A DNA stretch of 63,658 bases, filler included, from Phoronis australis (taxonomy: Eukaryota; Animalia; Phoronida), in the NCBI GenBank assembly GCA_002633005.1. It is 6 parts of 6 records of this genome, joined end to end, with 100 filler letters (N's around TTAATTAATTAA, not from the genome) between each part and the next. Parts side by side here need not be neighbours in the genome. Positions count along the whole stretch, not along the records: positions 1 to 11,427 come from NMRA01001535.1; positions 11,528 to 35,908 come from NMRA01000808.1; 4 more parts are not named here. One strand, written 5' to 3'. A program made the position numbers and the translations under genes. Within the stretch, counting starts at the first letter, position 1; each line of letters begins with the position of its first letter. Below the pieces are notes generated by a model. That model saw only the letters and a list, made by a program, of their open reading frames with translations. It was not told the DNA's origin and did no database searches. Of the stretch, positions 1 through 12,571 are shown piece by piece.

Positions 1-583
1 AAGTTTTGCGAGACCACAGCGAAAAAGTTTCACCTGTGTCGATGTTTTTATCTTTCCACCATTCCTTTAAGAGGGAGCAGAATGTTCTAGAGGGCTTCAG
101 CATTTTCAATATGTACCGTAGGCCACTGAGATTGAGAGATTTAATTTCATTTCTCTTTTATTTTGAAAACGAATTAGTACAATGGAAACATGAAGCATTC
201 ATTTCAACCTTACTATGTGGACACGACAATCTCATTTGATTTTATTGCAACAAAATTAGCAACAAGCAAAACTATTCTCCTACATGCGATTGTACAAAAA
301 AGTGTTAGCGTGTCCACTGTCACATATGACTACATGATGCGTCTCGGTTCATTTAGCACCACCTTGTGAATTTGGAGGTTCTGGCACACCTGAAACCACC
401 AAACTTTACTTAAGATTAGATTGAAGAAATAGTCAACCATGCCATTTAAAACCTAAAGCATTTCTCGAAGCGTTACACGCGAATTCTTAATTTTCAAGTC
501 TAGTCTTCAGTAAAGTTTAATGCGATCAAACACTACCTGTATTTGGAATTTTCCGAGATGAATTTAAGTTAAGCACGACTCAC

Positions 584-692
584 CCACAAACCTAGCTATG
601 GTCAGGCCTACTTTGCGCGTGTTCTTTGCAGCGGTGCCATATGGAGTTTTAGCTAATTTACCCCAATCAACGATGATAACGTTGACATCTTC
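584..692 (-). CDS. Triacylglycerol lipase (pancreatic lipase family) internal exon: EDVNVIIVDWGKLAKTPYGTAAKNTRKVGLTIARFV
   Basis: Manual translation. Contains the family motif NVIIVDW..A...Y..A..N...VG. Acceptor tttgtag, donor gtgagt. Phase 0 matches the upstream exon. The catalytic GxSxG exon is not seen in the window. Confidence 0.9.
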
Positions 693-904
693 CTACAAAC
701 AGTTACACGTAAGGGCACGCTTTATTCATATGACGTCGTCAAAGTCGTTGTGTGAAGTACTTGTGTGAATGCCATCCGGAACATATCGGGTATTTCCCCG
801 AGGTGTTGCGAACGACATGATTGCGAGTGTTTTCAAAACGTAAACACACGACAGTTGACGAACCCATATAGTCTACAGACATTCGGGTCACCTCGGACAT
901 TTTC

Positions 905-1135
905 GTAATAGTTGCAGCAACAACCATAGGAGCAGCAACAGCAAAAGCAGCAGTAGTAACGAGCGGGAGCGTTGGTAAGGGCAGCAGCAGTAACTACAGC
1001 ACAAGCCAAGAACGACACCAACAGCAGGAGAAGATAACAAAACAACAGCAACAGTTCCAACTACAAAACAATGCTAAGAACGAGAACTGGAAAAGTCATT
1101 GCCAGCAACAGCAGAATCAGAAGGATTTTGAAAGC
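905..1135. repeat. Degenerate CAG/CAA-rich low-complexity tract in a lipase intron
   Basis: Runs of gca/caa/cag triplets; explains the spurious ORF 833..1060. Confidence 0.75.
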
Positions 1136-1724
1136 AGAAGTTACGGTACACTCATCTTATGGCAATGCGCTGTCAACAACAATGATTAACTAGGACGGTG
1201 CTTTCTTTCTACTGTTTCAATGTTCGCGTGGAGCCAATCTAGACAAAATGTGGCATTTTTGGTTTCGGGTGTTTCGTACAAGAAGCTCCTGCGCACGTCT
1301 GATTCAATGTGCATCGGACTAACTGCGTTTTTATTCAGGTTTTAGAGGGGTTTCTTTCAATTCATTGAGGCTGACACAGGAGACGATTTTTACTTCCTAC
1401 ATGGACTTTCGTTGTGCAATGACGTCTGTATACGACCCCTGCGATCAGTTAGCAATACCTTCGATAACCACACATTTTAACAAATAGGTGTCTGAGCGTT
1501 TTGGCAGATGGAGCAAGCAATGTGAACACACTGGGAAGTCAGATTAATTTTCTCGTACATGGCATAGTAACAATATTATAAGTGACCAAAAAAAGATCTG
1601 CCTTCGAATAGTAGAGCATAACACTAAAAAAATCATCATTTATAGCTGTTGAAGACTGATCTACGCTAATTAAATTACGCCTAGTCTCAGTAATATGGTC
1701 GTCGTGGTTGAATGTCGGCCTTAC

Positions 1725-1881
1725 CTTTGCCAGTATCGCTCTCATCATCGGCTTTACCCAAAAGCTATATATACTGCCTTTCCAACCATGGACCAAAAAT
1801 TTTGAGGGCTTTTGACCATCATAGGCGGAGTCACGGACGGTGTCGGCCAATCCGTACTTCAATATTTGTCTGTTTTTTGCT
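1725..1881 (-). CDS. Triacylglycerol lipase internal exon: AKNRQILKYGLADTVRDSAYDGQKPSKFLVHGWKGSIYSFWVKPMMRAILAK
   Basis: Part of ORF 1539..1862. Carries the lipase oxyanion motif K-F-L-V-H-G-W. Acceptor ttgcag, donor gtaagg. Splices in frame to 584-692. Confidence 0.9.
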
Positions 1882-1944
1882 CTGCAAAGTTACGTGATTA
1901 TGTAAAAACGCCGTTTTGCAGTTCCAGAGATGAAACATAATGGT

Positions 1945-2036
1945 TGCACTTGATTGACTTCCCCGGTTCGCCGGGTAAACCGGCTTACACATATAATTGG
2001 CTCTCGATGACGGCTACCGGCTTACAATCAAGTGCA
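1945..2036. mobile_element. Small MITE-like inverted repeat
   Basis: 12-bp IR tgcacttgattg / caatcaagtgca enclosing two accggcttaca copies. Confidence 0.45.
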
Positions 2037-2172
2037 CCCGATATTAAACGTAAAACGACCGTTGTGTTTCATAAAAGCGAGAACCTCGAGAAAACAAATG
2101 ATCACGTAAGACATCGCCAGATATCGCTATGTATTACAAGCGAAGCACGTGGTCATACCGGCGTCGAATCCT

Positions 2173-2315
2173 GTTCAGGAATGCTAGGACCTCGTTAAAA
2201 GCAAGACTTCGCGAGATTACGTGAGCTATTGCCGTGTATTTAAAATGAGAGCACGTGACTTCGGCTAGATTTTCGCTAAGTCCTAGCGTACATGAAGGTC
2301 CTAGCGTTACTGAAC
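2173..2315. mobile_element. ~128-bp MITE family A copy
   Basis: Ends gttcaggaatgctaggacctcg / gtcctagcgttactgaac. The interior is the reverse complement of 60424-60551. Confidence 0.7.
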
Positions 2316-2572
2316 GCAAGCCAGCTTTACTCGCGAGATTCTTGCTTCTACTGAACTCAACACAGCGGGCGGTGAAAGGTCGCACTTCCTCTCTGATTGA
2401 CATCTATTTCCGGTTTTAAACTTTTGAGTTTTGAAAGGACATGGTAGTACAAGAAATGTTGAGACGATACTAACGTAGCCGTTAATCCTGCCTAGTGGCG
2501 TTGAAATTTTCAAGGCTGAAGTATCACAAAATTCTTGACTTTCTGAGAACTTTGTTGCTTGCAGCATAGAAC

Positions 2573-3822
2573 TCTTCGCTGGTTCCCTGCGTGCCGCTAG
2601 GTGGTAGCCAGCCGCAGGTATCACTCAATTTTCTGCTTGGATTTGTTTAAACCGGCGTTTCTGATTGGCTGGTCCTCAACAGGCAGAGCTTTACGCGAAC
2701 AAACTGGCATGACTGATGGAGGAAGAGTAAATGTGGTCTGTTGTACAGACAAATCGGTGCTCAAAATTCATGTTCAAGAAATGTGAATCCGAGAAAATTT
2801 TGGGTATGCCTATTTGCAGTGCACCTTTCTACTGTCGCTGAATTTTGTTTACGATGCTGTCCTGTATTCATACAAGATCATTGGCCCCCACTATTTTCAG
2901 TGCTACGCCGCACGTGGTCTATAGGTGATGCACCACAGGGAGGGCTCAGGTGGCTTTAGCCCCCACATTTTTCAGTGCTGCGCCGCCCACGAGTATGAAT
3001 ATCACACCGGTTAAATTGTCCATATATGTGTTTATTGTACATGGTATGTGCTTCAAGCAGGCGGCTACAATTTATTAAACATTACTTGAGAAACGAAATA
3101 GTTGCTGCTACGCCACTTGCATGTCAAGGCTAAAAATCGTTCATAATCCGCCATTTTTCATTGTGTAAAGCTAACCGCAGTGACTGTCGAGGTTACCAAT
3201 GATAAAGCACGTGCTACTGCCTGCTGGCTAGCGGCTGGCCTCGCTGGTTTCCTGCGTGCTTAGCACGCAAGTATCACGCAGTGGCAAGCGCTTTAGCATT
3301 GGTCGATGTAACCTCGGCAGTCATTGGTTAGCTATGGCGGACTGTGAACGATTTTTAGCCTTGTCATGCAAGTGGCGTCGCAGCAACTATTTCGTTTCTG
3401 CAGTGATGTTTAATAGCCGCGTGCTTAAAGCACATACATGTGCAATAAACACACATCTAGCTGATTTAACCGATGTGGTATTCATACTGTATGAATACAG
3501 GACACTATCGTAAACAGAAGTCATCGACAGTAGAAAGATGCATTCCGCCGGCGCATCACAATTTCTAAGCACATTTCCTGAACATATGAATTTTAAGCAT
3601 CGATTTGTCTGTACAATATACCACATTTTCACTCCAGTCTATCAGTCATGCCAGTTTGTTTGCGTAAAGCGTTGCCTGTTGAGAATTCGACTAGCCAATC
3701 AGAAACGCCGGGGTAAAAAAAATTACAGAGGGAAATTAAGTGATACCTGCGTGCTGGCTTGGCTACCGCCCCACCTAGCGGCACGTAGGGAACCAGCGAG
3801 GCGGCTTGCAGGGAACCAGCAC
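2573..3822. mobile_element. Old non-autonomous DNA transposon with ~220-bp diverged TIRs
   Basis: 2575-2786 is a diverged reverse complement of ~3570-3800. A direct 9-mer gcatagaac flanks both sides (2564-2572, 3823-3831). Confidence 0.6.
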
Positions 3823-6800
3823 GCATAGAACACTAGCCATGGAATGCCAACTACTGCACGTGACCTATGTACTCTATAGAGCTTGGAACCCCGAGACTAG
3901 CCTTGTGAGTTTGCAATGAGTATTTCCAGCTGCCTGCTCGACTGAATTTTGATCGAGAGTTGTAGTTATCAAATCAAGCCTAATTTCATTGCTTCGTTTT
4001 CACTTTTTGACCACTGTTCATCAGGCGAGACTCTTGAGGTACGGTCCCATTCCGTCAGCGATTTCTCAGCAAAATTAGTTAACAAACCTGACAATTAAAC
4101 TGGTCATTCTGTATAAACACCGACCTGTGGCCCTGGGTGGATGCAGGGAATAGTTTGACCCCTGATATCTTTTCAGCTCCGGTTGTGTGTGTGTGTATTA
4201 TTACTGTAATTTTCAGTTGTTTTTATAATAATTCATTTGTGCACTGTTTACCTGTTGACTAGCGGGAACGATGCACCGCAACATAGTTGCATTCACTCTG
4301 CATGTGAACCACTGACGTCGCTAGCGTCGTTTCTCACCTTCCTCACAGGTTAACGTGACACCTCTTGGCAAGGTATGGTCGACCGTATGCGAGGCGATGT
4401 GAATATAGACCGATTAAGACGGCAAAAAGACTAATTAAAGCGGGTGGCATTCTGCTTTAAACCTCCACCACAGTACATTACGAGGTAAGTGCCTGGAATA
4501 GCTTATTTTGTATCTTCTCACACATACATTAGTTGTACATTTGCCAATTTTATGAAAACGATTGACATTTATAATGTAGTTTTCGAAAAATGCCTGCGCG
4601 CTAATTAGCAGTTTCCTGTTGAAAAATTTCAACTCACCGCATGGACTCAGACAGCAACCGAGTTAAGCTAAAATCATAAGAACCGAGGTGTCCCTACATC
4701 CCCACAAAAATATTAAAAAATACAGGAACTAAAATCAAATAAAACATGAATATATGCACATGGAGTTATACTTATCACAATACCATAAATCTGGAGACGA
4801 TTCAGTCAAGATGATTTGAACAAACCTATGAAAATCTGTCGTGGTTTGTTCGAGTTTCTCTTACCGGGTGCCATTTTGAGGAAGTTAAGTGAAATCCCGC
4901 ATGTTGACGAATAAAAAGTCCAAGGAACCCAAATCTTACAAATTTCACCTGTTACCTTCCCATGCTATTTTCAAGTGTCACACGCCAGCGTCACGCGCTT
5001 CGCTCAGTCTCGCGCTATCCTTTGCCTAACTCACGTGACTCAGTTGAAATACTTTGTGATCATCGCACGCGTGCTAAAAACGTTAGCTATGACCAAAAAG
5101 TGGAGATAGAATTCTTCGCCAAAGTTGCCTTAATTGTCGTAGCTTTAATTCATCGAAGATATGCGTAGAAGTTGAAAGGAACAATGAAGAATGTAAGCAC
5201 TTTTTTGAATCACAGTTTTAATAATTATTGTAGAATGTATTTTTGACGAAGTGAAAATTCTCAATCTGTGAGCGAATGTGGCCTACCGCCCGTTTAAAAT
5301 ACACGGTACGAAATTCGATGAGAAGTATTGTGGACCCTAACCGGCTAACCGAGGGGCTACGTTTTGCCTACAACCTCAGAGGCCTCGACATCGGACTTGG
5401 CATTCCTGGGCTAGAGTTCTACTGTATGCTAGCAATGAACAGGGGAAGAGATGGCGACAAATACGAAACTGAANTCATACTGTATGAATACAGGACACTA
5501 TCGTAAACAGAAGTCATCGACAGTAGAAAGATGCATTCCGCCGGCGCATCGCAATTTCTAGGCACATTTCCTGAACATATGAATTTTAAGCATCGATTTG
5601 TCTGTACAATATACCACATTTTCACTCCAGTCTATCAGTCATGCCAGTTTGTTTGCGTAAAGCGTTGCCTGTTGAGAACTCGACTAGCCAATCAGAAACG
5701 CCGGTGTAAACTAAATTACAGAGGGAAATTAAGTGATACCTGCGTGCTGGCTTGGCTACCGCCCCACCTAGCGGCACGTAGGGAACCAGCGAGGCGGCTT
5801 GCAGGGAACCAGCAAGCATAGAACACTAGCCATGGAATGCCAACTACCGCACGTGACCTATGTACTCTATAGAGCTTGGAACCCCGAGACTAGCCTTGTG
5901 AGTTGGCAATGAGTATTTCCAGCTGCCTGCTCGACTGAATTTTGATCGAGAGTTGTAGTTATCAAATCAAGCCTAATTTCATTGCTTCGTTTTCACTTTG
6001 TGACCACTGTTCATCAGGCGAGACTCTTGAGGTACGGTCCCATTCCGTCAGCGATTTCTCAGCAAAATTAGTTAACAAACCTGACAATTAAACTGGTCAT
6101 TCTGTATAAGCACCGACCTGTGGCCGTGGGTGGATGCCGGGAATAATTTGACCCCTGATATCTTTTCAGCTCCGGTTGTGTGTGTGTGTATTATTACTGT
6201 AATTTTCAGTTATTTTTATAATAATTCATTTGTGCACTGTTTACCTGTTGACTAGCGGGAACGATGCACCGCAACATAGTTGCATTCACTCTGCATGTGA
6301 ACCACTGACGTCGCTAGCGTCGTTTCTCACCTTCCACACAGGTTAACGTGACACCTCTTGGCAAGGTAAGGTCGACCGTATGCGAGGCGATGTGGATATA
6401 GACCGATTAAAACGGAAAAAAGACTAATTAAAGCGGGTGGCATTCTGCTTTAAACCTCCACCACAGTACATTACGAGGTAAGTGCCTGGAATAGCTTATT
6501 TTGTATCTTCTCACACATACATTAGTTGTACATTTGCCAATTTTATGAAAACGATTGACATTTAAAATGTAGTTTTCGAAAAATGCCTGCGCGCTAATTA
6601 GCAGTTTCCTGTTGAAAAATTTCAACTCACCGCATGGACTCAGACAGCAACCGAGTTAAGCTAAAATCATAAGAACCGAGATGTCCCTACATCTCCACAA
6701 AAATATTTAAAAATACAGGAACTAAAATCAAATAAAACATGAATATATGCACATGGAGTTATACTTATCACAATACCATAAATCTGGAGACGATTCAGTC

Positions 6801-7466
6801 AAGATGATTTGAACAAACCTATGAAAATCTGTCGTGGTTTGCTCGAGTTTCTCTTACCGGGTGCCATTTTGAGGAAGTTAAGTGAAATCCCGCATGTTGA
6901 CGAATAAAAAGTCCAAGAAACCCAAATCTTACAAATTTCACCTGATACCTTCCCATGCTATTTTCAAGTGTCACACGCCAGCGTCACGCGATTTGCTCAG
7001 TCTCGCGCTATCCTTTGCCTAACTCACGTGACTCAGTTGAAATACTTTGTGATCATCGCACGTGTGCTAAAAACGTTAGCTATGACCAAAAAGTGGAGAT
7101 AGAATTCTTCGCCAAAGTTGCCTTAATTGTCGTAGCTTTAATTCATCGAAGATATGCGTAGAAGTTGAAAGGAACAATGAAGAATGTAAGCGCTTTTTTG
7201 AATCACAGTTTTAATAATTATTGTAGAATGTATTTTTGACGAAGTGAAAACTCTCAATCGGTGAGCGAATGTGGCCTACCGCCCGTTTAAAATACACGGT
7301 ACGAAATTCGATGAGAAGTATTGTGGACCCTAACCGGCTAACCGAGGGGCTACGTTTTACCTACAACCTCAGAGGCCTCGACATCGGAGTTGGCATTCCT
7401 GGGCTAGAGTTCTACTGTATGCTAGCAATGAACAGGGGAAGAGATGGCGACAAATACGAAACTGAA
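3482..7466. repeat. 1992-bp tandem duplication (3482-5473 / 5475-7466), probably two alleles mis-joined
   Basis: Near-identical copies with scattered substitutions, separated by a single N at 5474. Confidence 0.9.
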
Positions 7467-8079
7467 ACGAACGGATAGGCTTTGTGAATACGTCAATATC
7501 CCCGCATACGTGACAGTTTATGAGAAAAGAAATAAATAGGTGCTATCCTGCTTTTCTTAACGTCATAGTGGTGATCTGATGAACAGCAGGAATCCATCAG
7601 AGACTTTATAAGGCCTGGTGGTGGTTTCTCACCTGCAGGTGTACAGGCTTTATGCATGGTTATTCTTCGAGATGACAGTTATGTCCCTTTCCCTTGCTCA
7701 TGGTCTAATACAAATACGATATCAATGACGTCAGGCAAAATGAACCAACGTGTTCTGTCTCTCTTAACATTATCCGTCGTGTTGCTTCAGTTTTGTTACC
7801 GTAAAACGTACCTTGTAAACAAATTAAAAACGATGCCATTGGTCGCTTGCGAACCTGCGAATAGATATAGTTACAAGAGGTCATCTTACGCAGATTGAAG
7901 AGACGCAGTTCAATTAATTACAATCCCGAGAGCAGGTAACTATCAATAAAATCAGATCCAGATTACATATGCAGACATTCTTTATTATGTCATAATATAT
8001 TTATACATCAAAGGAATTCTGCGGTAGTTGGTCGTCTTACCTCAAAAACGCACGAGCAACGTTATTTACTCACGAACCG

Positions 8080-8396
8080 CTATTTCGATGAGACCAATGT
8101 GGTTTCCTAAAAGACACGCTCTGAAAAGCTTTGTTATGCGAACGACACCCATTGCCTATGTTAAACCTCCACCACAGTACATTACGAGGTAAGTGCCTGG
8201 AATAGCTTATTTTGTATCTTCTCACACATACATTAGTNCTATTTCGATGAGACCAATGTGGTTTCCTAAAAGACACGCTCTGAAAAGCTTTGTTATGCGA
8301 ACGACACCCATTGCTTATGTTAAACCTCCACCACAGTACATTACGAGGTAAGTGCCTGGAATAGCTTATTTTGTATCTTCTCACACATACATTAGT
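8080..8396. repeat. 158-bp overlap duplication around the single N at 8238
   Basis: 8080-8237 matches 8239-8396 almost exactly. Confidence 0.9.
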
Positions 8397-8560
8397 TGTA
8401 CATTTGCCAATTTTATGAAAACGATTGACATTTAAAATTTAGTTTTCGAAAAATGCCTGCGCGCTAATTAGCAGTTTCCTGTTGACAAATTTCAACTCAC
8501 CGCATGGACTCAGAAGGCAACCGAGGGAAGCTAAAATTATAAGAACCGAGATGTCCATAC
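8320..8560. repeat. Diverged third copy of the ~240-bp segment at ~4457-4698 / ~6450-6690
   Basis: Shared sequence from ttaaacctccaccacagtacattacgagg to aagaaccgag.tgtcc, with different flanks. Confidence 0.8.
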
Positions 8561-11427
8561 CAGTTTGTGGTTGCATGCTATCTGGGTAGCTGCCGCTCGG
8601 TTAGGAGCCATGTGGCTTATTTCTCATGCGGTCACACCACATGCGTACTTGCTTGCCTCTCAGCAGGTGTTGGACGCCACTGGTCATTTCTGTCAATGAA
8701 AGTTGAGTAACAACTCATAGATGATTTCATTGATACTTAAATGTTAACATATAGGCAACAGTCTCCTTAAAGGTTCCCGAAGTACAAAAACATGTTGTAT
8801 TTTTAATGTAATTTAGTTTTTAAGTAAAGTCTGTCTCAGAAATAATATCTTTGTTATTCTTTCGCATTTCTGTAAAAGGAGTTTTTCCAATGTTAATTCC
8901 TACTGGTTAACGCGCGTCTGACGTCACTAAGACTGTAACGTGGGTGAAAGCAATGACATAAATCAAGCTCATCATGTATAAAGCTAAATGGTTAAACCTA
9001 TCGGCTACAGAACTGTACTTAATGTGTAAAACTTTGACTGTGATCTCGGTTCTCAAAAAAGTTCATAATACAAGTTTACTGCCGTGTTGTTGACACTTAG
9101 TAGAACGATTCCGTTCTGCCGGCATCAGCAGGGACAAGGCTTGGGCCGCGATTCAGGGCGTCGTCTTGTCTTGGTTCAAAGCTGTTTACTAAATACACAG
9201 CCGTTTCGCCGATGTGCGCAAAGACTGAACAAAATTAGAGTCATTAAAAACTACACTGTTTCTCGTGTAAACTAAATTATTTACTGGTGTTGAAAAAATT
9301 GGCGTTCTAGCGTTCTCTCTGGCTGCAATAATTGGGGTGCGTTCTTTTGGGTCGGCTTTCGGTGCCGTCACCTGTTGCCTCATTCAGTTGACAGATTTTT
9401 CCCCGAGTTTTCCTGCTTCTTTCAAGCGATCGAACTGTTTATCACTTCCACGAAGTTGCTTACATGTCACAACAAATTATGTGAACTGGTTTCATTTCGT
9501 TTCAGCTATTTTAACGCCAGCAAACCGATTTTAAAACAAATTTTGCACCCGAGAAATGTAGCAAAATTTTAGGAAAGGGTGCTTAAGTGTCTCACGAGCG
9601 CAGTGTTTTCAAAATGACGACTCACTCGTTACAAACAGCGGAGAATTATGCAAGAAAATGACGCTGATTACATGTTTTTACAGTTAAACGGCTCCAGCGG
9701 GCAACGTAAGTTTCGGTTGATATCCCGATATTGCATGGATCCCTGCCATTTTATATCTGTTCACGTTGATAGAAGTTTCACGGCAAGGTGACGAGCAGAA
9801 CTACCCGGGCTGTATGAAATTTCGGGTTCTAATGGAGCTCAGCACACAGTGGGTACTGATAGTCTTCCTACAGCTTTTTGTCTGGCTAGGCCCCGGGATG
9901 AACCAACGTAACAGGGAAGAAAACAAAAAGGGTTTGGTATGCACAGGTTGACTTTTTTGGCTGGAATATGTACTCGCACGGCCAATGGGACCATGTCTCT
10001 TTGTTTTGCACAGCCTAAATGACGTCACGAAAAACAGCGCTCGCAGTGGGGCTTTACGTAACTAATACATTTTTCAAAGTAAAAATGAAACACACGAGCA
10101 CTATATATTAAGAAAATGTGAATGTCAGCAACCAACCTTTATACTTTCAAAATTCATAAAAGAATGCTAGAACATGTAATTCAGGTCTATTTTTATTTGT
10201 ACAGTCGTTACAGACTTGGTTTTTCGTCATTCAATACGTTTTTACTTTAACAGTCGCAGATCTTGGATATTTTGTCTCGTAAACAATCACGCAAAGCAAA
10301 ATTGCGGAGGGGCATAGCGCCCAATGGGGGAGTGGGGGAGGGGGGGATAAGCAGGGCGGTTTCCCCTCTTTCCCAGGAGAAATTTTTGTTTGTGCCTCCA
10401 AAAACAAGCAATTTCCTTGATTCCTGAAGTATTACAAAAACACGGAGAAATGTGGTAAAACTGGAGCATTTATAAATGCCATTCGAAATCACGATCTGGC
10501 TGTCAGAGTGGGCGTGCTCTTCCTCTGCGCCACCACAATTCCAATTTGAATATCATACTTAGAGACATAGTTCTTTATGGTCCAACGCGTTTGCGCGTGA
10601 ACCTGCTTCTTTCCGTAGTGTTTATTACACGCTTTATTTATTTTCGTAACAGCCAATGATATGATTAAATAAGATCATTTGGCTTTTATTAGCCAATCGC
10701 TAAATGAGTAAAATATTATAACATTGGCTGAAATTAAGAGGATATTCAGATGAGCTATAGAAGTTGAAGGTAAATGACTTGCTGCTGAGTACAGATGAAA
10801 TTGTACAAAAGAGCCATCTCGTGGAAGATTCTAAAGAGGATTTTGGCAAGGGCAAGGGTTAACGAACATGAAGTTAACTAAGAGCTTGTCTCTTGCGTTG
10901 TGGGTAGCAAGATACTGCCTATACGCCATATGCCCGCCCCTCCCCCCCCTTTGGCTGCCGCAAAAAATAAAACAGCAAGAGCGTAGGGGAATGTTGAGTT
11001 TATTAATTAACCCCGGTAATTAAAATTATACGGATGAAACAAGATTTAAATGTGTGCAGTTTTAGTGTCAAATTCGGAACACGGCGCATTCGTAACGGAA
11101 CTATGGCTAAGTATAGGCTCTCCCGCGATATCCCAGGCGACCGGCAGTGGCGCTGCGCACTACGACTCCGTATTTGTCGTCTGCTCCACTGTACAATGAA
11201 GAAAACGGAACCTGAGTGACGATGAAAAACAGAAGCTGCTGGTAAGATGTGAATTTTAATTGAAGCCTTAGTGAATCACTCAGAAACTCATAATTCTCTC
11301 TTTGTCAAACCTTAACTTAAGACGATTTCCAAAGCAATACCTTCATTATTGCTAACACGAAAAACGGATTTGTTGTTTTTGGCATTTGAAGACTATTTTA
11401 AATACAACAAATTTGTTAAGAACCGAT

Positions 11428-11527
11428 NNNNNNNNNNNNNNNNNNNNNNNNNNNNNNNNNNNNNNNNNNNNTTAATTAATTAANNNNNNNNNNNNNNNNN
11501 NNNNNNNNNNNNNNNNNNNNNNNNNNN
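11428..11527. other. Artificial contig spacer N44-TTAATTAATTAA-N44
   Basis: Identical 100-bp linker with stops in all six frames; occurs five times. Confidence 0.97.
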
Positions 11528-12109
11528 TCATGCTATGTACTGAACATGATACCATGCAATAACCAACAGACAGTCATGCTATGTACTGAACATGGTATCA
11601 TGCCATAACCAACAGACAGTCATGCTATGTACTGAACATGGTATCATGCAATAACCAACAGGCAGTCATGCTATGTACTGAACATAGTATCATGCCATAC
11701 AGTCATGCTATGCACTGAACATGATATCATGCAATAACAAACAGACAGTCATGCTATGTACTGAACATGGTATCATGCCATAACCAACAGACAGTCATGC
11801 TATGCACTGAACATGATATCATGCAATAACCAACAGGCAGTCATGCTATGTACTGAACATGGTATCATGCAGTAACCAACAGACAGTCATGCTATGTACT
11901 GAACATGATATCATGCCATAACCAGCAGACGGTCATGCTATGTACTGAACATGATATCATACCATGACCAACAGACAGCCATGCTATGTACTGAACATGA
12001 TATCATGCTATAACCAACAGACAGCCATGCTATGTACTGAACATGGTATCAAGCAATAACCAACAGACAGTCACGCTATGTACTGAACATGGTATCATGC
12101 AATAACCAA
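11528..12109. repeat. 46-bp minisatellite, ~12-13 copies, truncated by the contig edge
   Basis: Unit cagtcatgctatgtactgaacatggtatcatgccataaccaacaga (starts at 11571, 11617, ...). Confidence 0.95.
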
Positions 12110-12520
12110 TTCACAATTTTTGCAAGCCAGAAAATCACTTCACATCCGAGGAAGGAACAAATTGGAACTAGTTACGTAATGGTAAGTGGTGTCTTTTTGA
12201 AAGAAAGATGGCGGGTTCATAGCATGTTTAATCCATGAAGTTCATTTTTATCTTGTTGTTCTATCACAATTTATAACATTTTTCATTCTTTCAAATGCTC
12301 AACACATTACAAACTGTACCCACAATGAAAAAAAATGTTCTTCAATTTTCATGTTGTACACAAATTTGATACAATCATATAGTTCTTTTTTAATGATTTG
12401 CATTTTCAAGTTGAAAGAATTTCTTTTGATAATAGTGAAAATTTGGAAGGACAAATTGATTTTAATCATTGTTAAGGTAGACTTGACTTGGCTTCAAGAC
12501 AATAACCACAATTAACTCAC

Positions 12521-12571
12521 CAGCTCGCAAACTCTTTTCCAGTTCTTTCCCTTTTGGCTCGACAACAAAAA
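12521..12571 (-). CDS. SRR: Serine racemase coding exon 5 (V)FVVEPKGKELEKSLRA(G); later exons absent from this contig
   Basis: Acceptor catctag, donor gtgagt. Phase 1 matches exon 4. VEP corresponds to the metal-binding Glu motif. Confidence 0.85.

Noticed and set aside
3482-7466. 2-kb tandem duplication as a real segmental duplication or LTR pair
   Set aside because: The copies abut at a single N and differ at an allele-like level, and the same pattern occurs at 8238 and 15828. Most likely uncollapsed haplotypes.
11195-11241. Plus-strand first exon (RKRNLSDDEKQKLL|gtaag)
   Set aside because: The upstream ATG is out of frame with this peptide and the piece ends 190 bp later, so it cannot be supported.
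11472-11483. TTAATTAATTAA as a biological motif or Kolobok/piggyBac target
   Set aside because: It is centred in identical N-spacers five times, so it is a synthetic linker.
11528-12109. CRISPR-like array
   Set aside because: The 46-bp units are contiguous with no unique spacers, there are no cas genes, and the context is eukaryotic. The same applies to the 30-, 77- and 16-bp arrays.
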